DNA of 57,860 bases, counting the filler, from Sphacelaria rigidula (lineage: Eukaryota), in NCBI GenBank assembly GCA_964200075.2. It is 9 parts of 9 records of this genome, joined end to end, with 100 filler letters (N's around TTAATTAATTAA, not from the genome) between each part and the next. Parts side by side here need not be neighbours in the genome. Positions count along the whole stretch, not along the records: positions 51,521 to 57,860 come from CAXNAA020020675.1; 8 more parts are not named here. One strand, given 5' to 3'. This document shows, piece by piece, positions 57,833-57,860 of the stretch (position 1 is its first letter; each line of letters begins with the position of its first letter). The position numbers and the translations under genes are program-made. The notes under the pieces are model-generated. The model was not told where the DNA came from and did no database searches. It saw only the letters and a program-made list of their open reading frames with translations.

Positions 57833-57860
57833 TGTACTCATGATCATGCCTGCCATAGTC
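57833..57860 (-). mobile_element. SINE-1 3' tail next to a G8 run
   Basis: Reverse complement gactatggcaggcatgatcatgagtaca-cccccccc matches 1455-1480. Confidence 0.75.

Overview
Eukaryotic, transposon-dominated DNA, most likely from a brown alga (Phaeophyceae). That assignment is an inference from the LINE, SINE and S8-prodomain families as I recall them; no search was run. The window is not one locus. It is nine segments of exactly 6340 bp joined by eight identical 100-bp artificial spacers (N44-TTAATTAATTAA-N44), so adjacency across spacers has no meaning. Contents: (1) a decayed APE-RT-CCHC LINE plus several 3' fragments; (2) a ~500-bp structured non-autonomous retroelement (SINE-1) that shares the LINE's 3' tail, with both inserted at C/G homopolymer tracts; (3) a tRNA-derived SINE (SINE-2) with a (CA)n tail; (4) an intron-rich FAR1/MULE transposase pseudogene with a long upstream extension containing a 37-aa repeat; (5) piggyBac-type elements, namely a decayed transposase, several MITE families and a 1.54-kb TIR element carrying an unidentified, formerly selected ORF; (6) Sola2-like and foldback MITEs, including one whose two arms carry the 5S rRNA internal-promoter region; (7) a satellite built from fused TE ends; (8) two convincing host exons, one a secreted subtilase-type prodomain and one an EF-hand. 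The best candidates for undescribed biology are the poly(C)-targeting LINE/SINE pair, the 5S-armed foldback element and the cargo-carrying piggyBac-type element. I found no prokaryotic system, CRISPR array or intact RNA gene.
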